This document shows positions 18,808 through 28,246 of a DNA stretch of 64,000 nucleotides, piece after piece. The translations under genes and the position numbers were made by a program. Under the pieces are notes generated by a model. That model saw only the letters and a program-made list of their open reading frames with translations. It was not told the origin of the DNA and searched no databases. This DNA is from Candidatus Eiseniibacteriota bacterium (GTDB lineage Bacteria > Eisenbacteria > RBG-16-71-46 > CAZAMP01), in contig OZ245046.1 in assembly GCA_965224245.1 (NCBI GenBank), forward strand, positions 1,088,001 through 1,152,000. Direction: 5' to 3'. The number at the start of each line of letters is the position of its first letter. The stretch's first letter is position 1.

Positions 18808-19620
18808 ATGCACACGCGATCGATCGAGAGCTGGGAGCACGATCACGCTTTCGGTCAGGATCGGGTGCGACCCGGCGAACGGCGCACGATGATCGTGATC
18901 GCCATCACCGCCACGACCATGGCGGTCGAGGTCGTCGCTGGCATCCTGTTCGGATCCATGGCACTGCTGGCCGATGGTCTGCACATTGGGCTCGCACGCG
19001 GTCGCCCTCGGCCTGAGCGCGTTCGCCTACGTGTACGCACGGCGCCGCGCGCACGACGAGCGGTTCAGCTTGAGGACGGGAAAGGTCAACGCGCTCGCCG
19101 GGTTCACCGGCGCGATCCTGCTGGTGGGGTTTGCGCTGGTTGCCCCACGGATGAAGATCGCCAGGCTCACGAGGACCACGATCTGCGGTCCGCCTACCTG
19201 CACGTACTGGCCGATGCGCTGACGTCGCTGACGGCCATCTTCGCGCTCGTCGCAGGCAAGTACCTGGGGCTCGACTGGCTGGATCCTCTGATGGGGATCG
19301 TCGGCGCGCTTCTGGTCGCGAAGTGGTCGCGAGGGTTGATCCGGCAGACCCGCCGCGTGCTGCTCGACAGGCAAGCCGCCCCCCGCATCCGGGAGGCGAT
19401 CCGGAGCGGCATCGAGGACGCGACCGACGACCGCATCACCGATCTCCACGTGTGGTCGATCGGACCGGGAATCCACGCGGCCGAGATCTCCCTGGTCACG
19501 CCGAGCCCCGCGCCGCCCGACGCGTACAAGGCACGGCTGCCCGGGGGACTCGGTTTGGTTCACGTGACCGTCGAGATTCACCGCTGCACCGATCCGGTCG
19601 AAGCCGGTGGGCGGCCGTGA
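18808..19620 (+). pseudogene. dmeF: Disrupted CDF-family Co/Ni/Zn efflux transporter (DmeF-like)
   Basis: 'GSMALLADGLH' then an extra T near 18986 (cacattgggctcgcac) shifts 'GSHAVALG...GKVNALAGF' to another frame; central TMs appear deleted near 19140; original frame resumes at 'DLRSAYLHVLADALTS...DLHVWSIG'. Confidence 0.8.
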
Positions 19621-19811
19621 GCGGCGCGCCCCCGGTACTTCCACTAACCTTTTGTTGGTAGGAACGTTGTGCTGCCCGGGGTCGGTATCGGCTGCTCGGC
19701 CGACCTGGCCCGGCTCGCCTCCGACCCGAACGCCGCGTGCGTTCGAGCACGATCCTGGTGTTGCTCTGGCGACAACCGACCGATCACGTCCGATCAACTC
19801 GGAGGCCCGTC

Positions 19812-22800
19812 ATGGCGCATTCGCCCGCCGGCACGCCCGTTCTTCCGTCTCCTTCGCGCGTCGCGGCCATGGCCACCGCCTTGCTCGCGCTCACCGGTGC
19901 GGCCCATGCGCACCTGTCCATCATTCGCCAGGGCTACGAGAGCGCGGAGATCTCGGAGTCCAGCGATCAGCACGGATTTGCCGTGGCGGCCGGTGATTTC
20001 AACGGCGACGGATACGACGACCTCGCGATGGGCGCCCCCCAGGAGGACGGTCCCGCGGGCGCCAACTCCGGCGTCGTGTGCGTGAACTGGGGCTCGGAGT
20101 ACGGCATCACGCACGAGGGCGCAATCGTGTACGACGCCGACGACATGGGGGGGGCCGCCAGCGCCGGGGCGAACCTCGGCTTCGCGCTCGCGTCGGAAGA
20201 TCTGGACGGAGACGGGTTCGACGATCTGATCGTCGGCGCACCCTTCGAGACGGTGAACGGAGCGGCCGGCGCGGGCGCCGTCTACGTCATGACGGGAAGC
20301 ACGCTCGGGCTCGTGCCCTGGCTGCGGATCGACCAGTCCGACCTCGGCGGCACGGCCGAGACGGGCGACTGGTTCGGGTTCTCGCTGGACACGGGGTATC
20401 TCGACGACGACGCGTACCCCGATCTGCTGATGGGTGCCCCCGGCGAGGATACGGCCCGGGGAACCGTGTGGTTTCTCTTCGGAACGAGCACCGGTCCATA
20501 CGGAAGCGCGAACCACATCAATCCCACATACGGCGGCTACTCCACCGGGAGCGGCGATTTCTACGGCTACTCGGTGGCCGCCGGGAACTTCATGGGCGGC
20601 GCAGAAGACGACATCATCGTCGGGGCCCCACACTTTCCCCAGGCCAGTGCGCCGAGCGACCTCGGTGCGGTCTTCGTGACGCCCGGATCCGCGGGCGGCC
20701 CCGATCGGGCGGCGACGCGCCGGTACTTCGCCAACGGCGGGCAGGCCGGCGCCGAGTTCGGACGCTCGGTGGCGGTCGGACACCTCCTCTCGAGCGCGTA
20801 CGACGCGGTCGCGGTGGGCGAGCCGCTCCACGACAAGGGCGGGATCGTGGACGCGGGGCGGGTGACGGTGTATCCGGGCTGGTCGGGTGGTCTCAACACC
20901 GATGCCGCACTTCCGCTGTACAGCTCGGTGGCCGGCGGGGTCGACGAGGCGAGCGACGGATTCGGTCAGGTGCTGGCCGTGGACTACTTCTGGGACGCGA
21001 GCGACGGCTACCAGGACCTCGTCATCGGAACGCCCGGCGAGGGGTTCGGCACGCCCGACGCGTATGGTCAGGTGCAGATCCTCAACGGTGGTCCCTCCGG
21101 GCCCATCGGCGCCTACGGCTGGTTCGGGTTCAACCAGGGGACGCTCAACGAGACGCCCGAGCCGCTCGACGTTCTGGGAGCGTCGATCGCCTTCGGTCGC
21201 TTCGACGGCACCGACCTGGTGAACCTCGCCGTCGGCGCGCCCGGCGAGGACGCATTCGGCGGCATGGTGCACGTGATCGCGCCGTGGCGCCAGGTGTTCA
21301 ACCTGTCGTGCGACAACTCCATCGTCCTCGACTGCGACGAGAACATCTACTTCTCACAGAAGCCCTTCGAGCGGGTTCGGATCGCGTCGACCACGAAGAT
21401 CATGACCGTGCTGATCGCGGTGCAGGCGGTGGAGTGGTATGACGAGCTGTCCTACGACGACGTCTACACCGTTCCGGCGTGGGTGGCCGACCAGATTCCC
21501 GGCTCGCAGGTTCCTCTCTTCGAGGGCGAGACGATCACGCTCCGGGATCTCATGTACACGTGCCTGATGCTCTCGGGAAACGACGCCGCGTTCGCGATCG
21601 CGGACATGATCCAGGGGGGCGAGGGCCCCGACGTGTCGGTGCCGCTGTTCGTGGCCCGCATGAACGCGATCGCGAGCATCCTGAACATGGACGACACGCA
21701 CTTCCACAACCCGGCGGGACTCGACGAGGAGCCCGTGGGCCCGGACCTGGGCGAACACTACTCCACGCCCCAGGACATGGCCAAGCTCAGCGCATATGCG
21801 ATGACGTTCGACACGTTCCACACGATCGCCGGCACCACGGCGTGGCCCATGGTCCGGCACTTTCCGGCCTTCGACATCGCGTGGACGGTCAACAACATCT
21901 TCGCCGGCGTGCTGATGAACAACATCGAGCCGCTCGTCGGCATCAAGGGCGGCTACACGACGCTCGCCCAGAACACCGGCTGCTTCGCGGGCGAGACGCC
22001 CCTCGGCGCGCGATCCATCGCGGGCACGTATCACACGCCCGACGCGCTGAGCGACAACTATGGCCCCGATGCGGGTGCGCTCGTGCAGCTCGGGCTCGGG
22101 TCGTGCGGGTTTTCGTTCGAGCTACCCGACGAGTGGTCGTATACGGACAGCCCGATCAACATCGGTCGCGTGTCGTCGGGTGTGGGGAGTCGTCGCGGAT
22201 TCTCCTCGGGCATCCCGCGAGAGTTCCATGGCGACATGGCGTACTCGGTTTACCGGACCTCTTGGGACACGGGGCTGCCGTCCTCGTTCGAGGCGTGGAT
22301 CACGCACGTGGCCGAGCTTCGGGGCCGGGCCTCGTATGAGCTCGGCGCGAGCCACCACGACGGACACGGCCCGATCAAGATCACGAACGTCGGCGACGCC
22401 ACCGCCTCGGTACAGGTGTGGCAGCCGATCGACGTCACGACCGTGGACCTCGAGCCGGGGGAGACGGCCCTGGTGCCCGAGTACCTCGGGCGATGGGCGC
22501 TCGGCTTCCCGGTGCGATTCACGTCGAACGGCGGCGAGAGCCCGATCGACCTCGACGTGGAGATCCCCTGGCGCCATCTCGTGACGGCGCCGGAGGCGCC
22601 GACGTCCGATCCCGTGTACCAGACGACGCTCATGCGGGAGAGCGACATCCGGGATCAGGTGGAGATCCGGACCGAGGGGATGGATCCGGCACCCGACTTC
22701 CACTCCATCGTCGGTCACGTGGAAGGGGTGCTGCTCGAGGCTCCGGATCCGGCGGGGACCGAGCCGCCGGCCGCCATCACGCTTCGCGCACCGACGCCGA

Positions 22801-23063
22801 ACCCGTTCCGCGCGGCGGCCCGGATCTCGTTCGACCTCTCCCGCGCGGGAGAGGTCGGTGTCGAGATCTACGACGTGTCGGGTCGCCTCGTACGCACGTT
22901 CGCGCCCCAGCGCATGGCGCCCGGAGGCTGGGGTCTCCGGTGGGACGGCCGCGACGACGGCGGCGCCGAGGCGGCCAGCGGCGCCTACTTCTACCACGTC
23001 GTCGTCGACGGTGAGGTCGCGGCCACCGGCAAGCTCACCCGCATCGTCGACGCGGCGGGGTGA
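19812..23063 (+). CDS. FG-GAP repeat + peptidase S11 + FlgD-Ig C-terminal domain (paralog of 12929-16243)
   Basis: GGAGG RBS; mature N-terminus 'AHLSIIRQG' matches the paralog's 'AHLSLIRQG'; FG-GAP repeats; 'IASTTKIMT', 'SGNDAA', 'FHNPAGLD', 'IKGGYT'; 'PNPF...WDGRD' tail. Confidence 0.88.
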   Translation: MAHSPAGTPVLPSPSRVAAMATALLALTGAAHAHLSIIRQGYESAEISESSDQHGFAVAAGDFNGDGYDDLAMGAPQEDGPAGANSGVVCVNWGSEYGITHEGAIVYDADDMGGAASAGANLGFALASEDLDGDGFDDLIVGAPFETVNGAAGAGAVYVMTGSTLGLVPWLRIDQSDLGGTAETGDWFGFSLDTGYLDDDAYPDLLMGAPGEDTARGTVWFLFGTSTGPYGSANHINPTYGGYSTGSGDFYGYSVAAGNFMGGAEDDIIVGAPHFPQASAPSDLGAVFVTPGSAGGPDRAATRRYFANGGQAGAEFGRSVAVGHLLSSAYDAVAVGEPLHDKGGIVDAGRVTVYPGWSGGLNTDAALPLYSSVAGGVDEASDGFGQVLAVDYFWDASDGYQDLVIGTPGEGFGTPDAYGQVQILNGGPSGPIGAYGWFGFNQGTLNETPEPLDVLGASIAFGRFDGTDLVNLAVGAPGEDAFGGMVHVIAPWRQVFNLSCDNSIVLDCDENIYFSQKPFERVRIASTTKIMTVLIAVQAVEWYDELSYDDVYTVPAWVADQIPGSQVPLFEGETITLRDLMYTCLMLSGNDAAFAIADMIQGGEGPDVSVPLFVARMNAIASILNMDDTHFHNPAGLDEEPVGPDLGEHYSTPQDMAKLSAYAMTFDTFHTIAGTTAWPMVRHFPAFDIAWTVNNIFAGVLMNNIEPLVGIKGGYTTLAQNTGCFAGETPLGARSIAGTYHTPDALSDNYGPDAGALVQLGLGSCGFSFELPDEWSYTDSPINIGRVSSGVGSRRGFSSGIPREFHGDMAYSVYRTSWDTGLPSSFEAWITHVAELRGRASYELGASHHDGHGPIKITNVGDATASVQVWQPIDVTTVDLEPGETALVPEYLGRWALGFPVRFTSNGGESPIDLDVEIPWRHLVTAPEAPTSDPVYQTTLMRESDIRDQVEIRTEGMDPAPDFHSIVGHVEGVLLEAPDPAGTEPPAAITLRAPTPNPFRAAARISFDLSRAGEVGVEIYDVSGRLVRTFAPQRMAPGGWGLRWDGRDDGGAEAASGAYFYHVVVDGEVAATGKLTRIVDAAG

Positions 23064-23132
23064 CCGCGGTCCCGGTGACCCCGATCGGGCGTTTCGCACG
23101 ATCGTCTTGCAGGTTTCTCCCTCCGATTTCGA

Positions 23133-23153
23133 ATGGTCGAGGACCACGACCAT
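23133..23153. promoter_or_regulatory. Inverted repeat ATGGTCG-N7-CGACCAT upstream of the DCC-like gene (operator or leader hairpin)
   Basis: Perfect 7-bp arms, extendable by CGA/TCG flanks, ending 9 bp before the AAGGAGGA RBS. Confidence 0.4.
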
Positions 23154-23179
23154 TTCGACGCGAAGGAGGACCCGACGCG

Positions 23180-23659
23180 ATGACCACGACGATCCGCGAC
23201 CAGATCGCGCGCGACGAGATCGCGCGCGATGACATGTCGATCGACTGTCCAGAGCTGTGGCCGCCTCTCGAATCGCGACGTCCGACGCTGCTCTACTCCG
23301 GTACCTGACGGTTCTGTCGATGGGCGGCGCGGGTCGTCGCCAGGATCGATCGAAGCCGCCGGGTGAGCCTGTTGCCGCTGGCCGATCCCGAGGCCGGGCG
23401 ACTCCTGGCCGACGTTCCCGAGGATCGACGCCTCGGGTCCTGGTGGCTCGTCTCGTCCGATGGCAGGCCCGTCCCGGGAGATCGAGGGGGTGGCATCGCC
23501 CTCCTGACGGCGCTGGGGCCCACGCACCGTCTGGGACGCGTGCTCGGCGCGCTCGGCCTGTCGGCCACCGTGGACGCTCTGGATCGCTGGCTGTCCGTCA
23601 CCCGCGGACGCCTCGGCCGGTTCGTCCCGGACGGTCCGGCGCCTCGCTGCTTTCCCTAG
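23180..23659 (+). CDS. DCC1/DUF393-like thiol-disulfide oxidoreductase, candidate selenoprotein (UGA at 23306-23308, UxxC)
   Basis: AAGGAGGA RBS; ORFs 23060-23308 and 23363-23659 are in one frame; read-through gives 'LLYSGT-U-RFCRWAARVVARIDRSRRVSLLPL', matching the DCC pattern 'LYDGxCxFC'; hairpin immediately 3' of TGA. Confidence 0.8.
23309..23348 (+). promoter_or_regulatory. Putative bacterial SECIS hairpin
   Basis: CGGTTCTG (23309-16) pairs with CAGGATCG (23341-48); GGCGGC/GTCGTC upper stem; apical loop GCGG starts 21 nt after UGA. Confidence 0.65.
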
Positions 23660-23739
23660 GCGGGGGCGGTCCCGCCGGGCGGCACCTCGGGCCGACCCTG
23701 GCGGATGCCGACCGGGCGATCGAGGTGTAGAATGTCCGG

Positions 23740-25791
23740 ATGACCCGAGATGCACGCGCCCACACTCGGTCTTGCGGACCCGTCCGAGGCTCGCGACGCG
23801 GGCGCTGGCGGGCGCTCAGCCTCGTGCTGGTTCACGTCGTGGCGGGGCTCCATGTGCTCCACTGGTGGCGCACCGGCCGGACGATCACCCCGGTCGAGCC
23901 CAGCGAGGCCATGCAGACGCTGGGCGAGGGGCTGGTCAACGCCGGCTTCGTCCTCTTCGTCGTGCTCATCCTGGGTACGATGATCTTCGGCCGGTTCTTC
24001 TGCGGCTGGGCCTGTCACATCGTCGCCCTCCAGGATCTCTGCACGACGCTTCTCCGGAAGCTCCGGATCGAGCCGAGGCCGTTTCGCTCGCGCCTTCTCG
24101 TGTACGTCCCCCTGGCGGCGGCCGTCTACATGTTCGTCGCCCCGACGGTCGTGCGGCTGTGGCTCGGGCAGTCGTTCCCGGGACTCCGCGCGCACTTCGA
24201 GACCGACGACTTCTGGGCACGCTTTCCGGACTGGCCGATCGCCGTGCTGACGTTCGTGGTGTGTGGGTTCGTGGCCGTGTGGGTGCTCGGGAACAAGGGG
24301 TTCTGCACCTACGCGTGTCCGTACGGTGGCATCTTCGGGCTGGCCGATCGGGCCGCGCCGGGCCGCATTCGCGTGACCGATGCCTGTGACGGCTGCGCGC
24401 ACTGCACGGTGAGCTGCACCTCCAACGTTCGCGTCCACGAGGAGGTGCGAACCTGGGGCATGGTGGTCGATCCGGGCTGCATGAAGTGCACGGACTGCAT
24501 CAGCGTCTGTCCGATGGGCGCGCTCCACTACGGCTTCGGCGCACCCGGCCACAAGCGCCGGACGGATGCTCCTCCCGTGCGGCCTCGATACGACTTCACC
24601 TGGCCTCAGGAGATCGCGATGGCGGCGATCTTCCTGGTGTCGATCGTCACGTTCCTGGCGCTCTACGACGCGGTGCCGCTTCTGATGGCGCTCGGTCTGG
24701 CCGCGATCACCACGCACGTCGTGATGACCCTGGCTCGTCTCCGGACGGATCGGAACGTGACGTTCGCGCGTCATCGCCTGCGGACCGCCGGGCGCATGCA
24801 GCGCCGTGGGTGGGTGTTCGCGGTGCTCGCGGTCGTGTGGACGCTCTTCACGCTCCACAGCGCGGCCGTGCAGGCGAACGCGCTGGCCGGACAGCGGGCG
24901 GTGGCGGCGGCGCGAAAGGCACCGGCGGCACCGGTGGACGCGCTGGAACACGGCCGGCGACTCCTCGAGCGTGCCCGCTCGTGGGGTCTGTTCGAATCCC
25001 CACAGCTCGACGTTCGCCTGGCGGCGGTCAACGCGCAGCTCGGCGACGTCGGCGCCGCCGAGGCACTCTACCGGCGGGCGCTCGCGCACGAGCCCGATCT
25101 TCCGGAGGCCCACCACGCGCTGGCCCGGATCGCGCGAGAGCGCGGCGATCTTCCGGGGGCCCTGAAGCACCTCGAGGCCGTGGTGAACGAGGAGCCCGAG
25201 TTTCCGAGCGGTCACAACGATCTCGCCGAGGTGCTCCTGGATCTGGATCGCAGTGGGGATGCCGTCGCGGCGATGGAGGTGCTCGTGGCGCGGCGGCCGC
25301 ACCATCTTCCGTTCAGGGTGACGCTGGCGGTGGTGACCGCGCACGACGGACGGGTGGACGAGGCGCTCGCGCAGCTGCGCGCGATCGCCGAGGCACATCC
25401 CGAGGACGCGTCGTCGCGGCTCATGTACGGCCTCATCCTCGCCTCCGAGGGTCGGCTGGAGGACGCGCTGGCGTCGGTGCGCGCGTCGCTGCGTGTGGAT
25501 CCGGAGAACGCCGAGGCGCACTACACGTGCGCGCGGCTCCTGATCCAGCTCCGCCGCACCGACGAGCTGGCGACACATCTGGAGGAGGCGTGCCGGCTGG
25601 ATCCGTTCCAGCCCACGTACGCCACGGCGTGGGCGGCACTGATGGCGCGCTCCGGCCGGGCCGATGCACTCGTGGCTGCGTTGCGGGCCCGGGCGGCGGG
25701 CGATCGAGCCGCACGCTTCCGGCTGCTCCACCTCCATCGCGCGCTCGGCCACGAGGCGGATGCGGGGGCGCTGGCGCGGGAGTTCGAGTGA
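23740..25791 (+). CDS. Membrane 4Fe-4S binding protein (NapH/YccM-like) with C-terminal TPR domain
   Basis: 'GRFFCGWACH', 'FCTYACPYG', 'CDGCAHCTVSC', 'CMKCTDCISVCP'; several TMs; TPR helices in the C-terminal third; TAGAAT ends 6 nt before ATG. Confidence 0.88.
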   Translation: MTRDARAHTRSCGPVRGSRRGRWRALSLVLVHVVAGLHVLHWWRTGRTITPVEPSEAMQTLGEGLVNAGFVLFVVLILGTMIFGRFFCGWACHIVALQDLCTTLLRKLRIEPRPFRSRLLVYVPLAAAVYMFVAPTVVRLWLGQSFPGLRAHFETDDFWARFPDWPIAVLTFVVCGFVAVWVLGNKGFCTYACPYGGIFGLADRAAPGRIRVTDACDGCAHCTVSCTSNVRVHEEVRTWGMVVDPGCMKCTDCISVCPMGALHYGFGAPGHKRRTDAPPVRPRYDFTWPQEIAMAAIFLVSIVTFLALYDAVPLLMALGLAAITTHVVMTLARLRTDRNVTFARHRLRTAGRMQRRGWVFAVLAVVWTLFTLHSAAVQANALAGQRAVAAARKAPAAPVDALEHGRRLLERARSWGLFESPQLDVRLAAVNAQLGDVGAAEALYRRALAHEPDLPEAHHALARIARERGDLPGALKHLEAVVNEEPEFPSGHNDLAEVLLDLDRSGDAVAAMEVLVARRPHHLPFRVTLAVVTAHDGRVDEALAQLRAIAEAHPEDASSRLMYGLILASEGRLEDALASVRASLRVDPENAEAHYTCARLLIQLRRTDELATHLEEACRLDPFQPTYATAWAALMARSGRADALVAALRARAAGDRAARFRLLHLHRALGHEADAGALAREFE

Positions 25792-25915
25792 GCGTGCGCC
25801 ACGCTCGCCGCGAGCCGCCGTGTGCGACCGTGTTCCGGTGGTACAATCGACGTCGTTCGGTGGCTCACGCGACGGCGCGTCGTGACGTCTGATCAAACTC
25901 GAACGATCCGGGACG

Positions 25916-26605
25916 ATGCAAATGAGATCGATGCACGCCTTCGGTATCGCGATGCTGCTCGGCGGAAGCGCCGGTGCAGAGAAGATCCCGGTGGACGACG
26001 GCGCCTCCCTCGACGGAGGCGGGCTCTGCGACGGGTGGTACGACGTCGTACTCCGCGGTGACGGTGCGGGCATCCCCGACTGCGATCCCGACGGGATCAT
26101 GCTCGGTCCGCTGGTTCTCGACGGGTACTATCTGATCACCGGCGTGCTTCTCGAGGTGGACATCGACCACACATGGGTGGGGGATCTCCGGCTCCAGCTC
26201 TTCTTCGACGAGGACTGCGACGGGACGCCGGAGGTGGGGCCGATGGCCGCGCTCTGCCGTCCCGGCCTGGCCGGCTGCGACGCGGACGGATGCTGCGGAT
26301 GCTCGGGCAACCTCGTCGGGATCTATCACTTCGTCGAGCCCCGGACGGGTATCGATCCGCTCGGAGAGCCGGTCTGTCCGGGCGACTTCCCGCCGGGGTG
26401 CTACGCCGAGGCACCCGATACCGAGGTTTCCTTCGGCGCTATGGATAGCGGCAGCTACTTCGGGGGGTGCTTCACGCTGTTCGCAGCGGACGGTGCCTGT
26501 GCGGACACGGGCACCATTCACGAGTGGGCGGTGCACGTCGAGCTACAGCACTACGTGCCGGCGCGCCCGACCACGTGGTCGAGGCTGAAGTCGCGCTACC
26601 GCTGA
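25916..26605 (+). CDS. Secreted Cys/Asp-rich protein with proprotein-convertase P-domain-like fold and C-terminal 'TTWSRLKSRYR' tail
   Basis: Signal peptide; 'VDIDHTWVGDLRLQL' and 'DTGTIHEW' resemble the P-domain; 12 Cys including GCCGC. Confidence 0.7.
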   Translation: MQMRSMHAFGIAMLLGGSAGAEKIPVDDGASLDGGGLCDGWYDVVLRGDGAGIPDCDPDGIMLGPLVLDGYYLITGVLLEVDIDHTWVGDLRLQLFFDEDCDGTPEVGPMAALCRPGLAGCDADGCCGCSGNLVGIYHFVEPRTGIDPLGEPVCPGDFPPGCYAEAPDTEVSFGAMDSGSYFGGCFTLFAADGACADTGTIHEWAVHVELQHYVPARPTTWSRLKSRYR

Positions 26606-26615
26606 CGGGATGACG

Positions 26616-26804
26616 TCAGTCCGTCCGAGTGCGGATCTCGCTGTCGGAATCAGTGGCCGCGATCGCCCTTGGGGGTTCCTGGTCGTCGCGGGTCCGGCAC
26701 GCGGACCCCGGCGAGGCTCAGGTCGGCACCCCGAGCCGGGGGAAGACGATCGTCTGGAGCAGGATCCAGCCACCGATGAGGCCGATCGCCAGCAAGATGT
26801 CCAT
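26616..26804 (-). CDS. Small membrane peptide, candidate selenoprotein (UGA at 26720-26718); absent from the ORF track
   Basis: GGGGAGG RBS before ATG 26804; MDILLAIGLIGGWILLQTIVFPRLGVPT-U-ASPGSACRTRDDQEPPRAIAATDSDSEIRTRTD (62 aa); strong hairpin right after TGA. Confidence 0.7.
26686..26717 (-). promoter_or_regulatory. Putative bacterial SECIS hairpin
   Basis: Minus strand after UGA: TCGC..GGGTCCG-CGTGC-CGGACCC-GCGA; perfect 7-bp upper stem; loop begins 17 nt after UGA with GU at loop positions 2-3. Confidence 0.65.
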
Positions 26805-26999
26805 GTCAGAGCCTCCCCTCGGGGGCCGAAACGACTGGTGAGCGTCGACGCAGAGATAGGATGGAGGAAAGCGGCCGGAAGTTTCAATCGTTCGTGCTCG
26901 AGATCGATCACAGGCGCCCCGATGTTCGACACGCCCGATCCAGGGACAGGTCTCCGCGTGGCGCGGGGTCCGAGCCGCGGACGTCAGATGCGGCGGCGG

Positions 27000-27989
27000 T
27001 CAGCGCGACGACGGATGCGTGGCGCCGGCGATCAGACGCAGGGATTCCTCGATCTCGGACTCCGGCGCACCGCCGAAGTCGTGCCACAGGAGTGCTTCGG
27101 TCACGCCGAGCTCGGCGAGACGGTCGAGGCTGGCGGCGAACGTCTGTCGCGCGCCGATGAACCCGCGGCCGCCCCGGGCGGTCTCGGTCACGACCTCCTC
27201 GCCATGGGGCGGTTGTCTCCGGGCCGCGGCCATCCGGTCGAAACCGCGGGTGGCACGCGCCATCGCCTCGGCGTCGGTCGCGGCGACGCACGTGAACAGG
27301 GCCGCTCCTACCTCGGCCCGATCGGCGCTCCGGCCGCCGGCCTCGAGTCCTGTGCGGTGGGCGGCGGTCATCGACGCGATCGCCTCGTGGTTGCCGAGGT
27401 CCGGTGTGGTCAACACGAGGATCGGATCGCCATCCTCACCGGCCGCGCGCGCGGCCTCGGCCGAGCCCACCGCACGCCAGATCGGCGGCATCGGCTCCTG
27501 CACCGGCGATACGCGGCTGATCAGGTCTCCGTACGATCGGTGTCGGCCGTCGATCGTGCCACCGGTGCCGCTCCACGCGTGTCGGAGCATCCCGAGTGCC
27601 TCGTCGAAGCGAGATCGCTTCTCGTCGAACGGGATGCCCAGTGCCTGGAACTCGACGGGGGAGATGCCCGAGCCCACGCCGAGATCCAGCCGTCCACCGG
27701 AGAGGCGATCGACGAGCGCGTACTCCTCGGCGAGGAGCAGGGGATCTCGAAACGGCAGGACGGCCACGGCGACGCCGAGGCGCAGGCGCCGGGTCCGTTG
27801 CGCGGCGGCCGCGAGGAACACCGCCGGGCTCGGCATGCGGCTCACCGCGCGCCCGTGATGCTCGGCGATCCAGAACCCGTGGTAGCCGAGCGCCTCGGCG
27901 AGCACGGCACGACGCAGCGCTGTCTCGTAGACGTCCCGGTCCGGCCCGGGGGAGAGCTCCGGCATCAGCGAGAAGATCGATTGCCTCAA
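27000..27989 (-). CDS. LLM-class (luciferase-like) flavin-dependent monooxygenase
   Basis: 'AEALGYHGFWIAEHH', 'RLRLGVAVAVLPFRDPLLLAEEYALVDRLSGGRLDLGVGSG'; TTG start. Confidence 0.92.
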   Translation of the reverse strand: MRQSIFSLMPELSPGPDRDVYETALRRAVLAEALGYHGFWIAEHHGRAVSRMPSPAVFLAAAAQRTRRLRLGVAVAVLPFRDPLLLAEEYALVDRLSGGRLDLGVGSGISPVEFQALGIPFDEKRSRFDEALGMLRHAWSGTGGTIDGRHRSYGDLISRVSPVQEPMPPIWRAVGSAEAARAAGEDGDPILVLTTPDLGNHEAIASMTAAHRTGLEAGGRSADRAEVGAALFTCVAATDAEAMARATRGFDRMAAARRQPPHGEEVVTETARGGRGFIGARQTFAASLDRLAELGVTEALLWHDFGGAPESEIEESLRLIAGATHPSSR

Positions 27990-28246
27990 TGTCCACGATA
28001 CCCCTGTGAGACGTCGGCGGACGAGCCCAAGTCATCCTCGACCACCCGATACGGGGAATGTCCGCATGAGGATGCGCCCTTTTGCGGGATCGTCGGTGCC
28101 GTCCCGGCTCGCGCGATACTCACCGGCCGCCTGTGATCCGTCTCACGAGCCACGTATACTCGATCTCGCGCACCGGGCGGGACACCGGATCACGATATCG
28201 AGCTCGCGCGCCCGTCGCAACGGATCCGCGATCGAGGGGAAGCGAC

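Noticed and set aside
23198-23233. 15-bp tandem duplication encoding DQIARDEIARD
   Set aside because: In-frame slippage in an N-terminal extension; no evidence of function.
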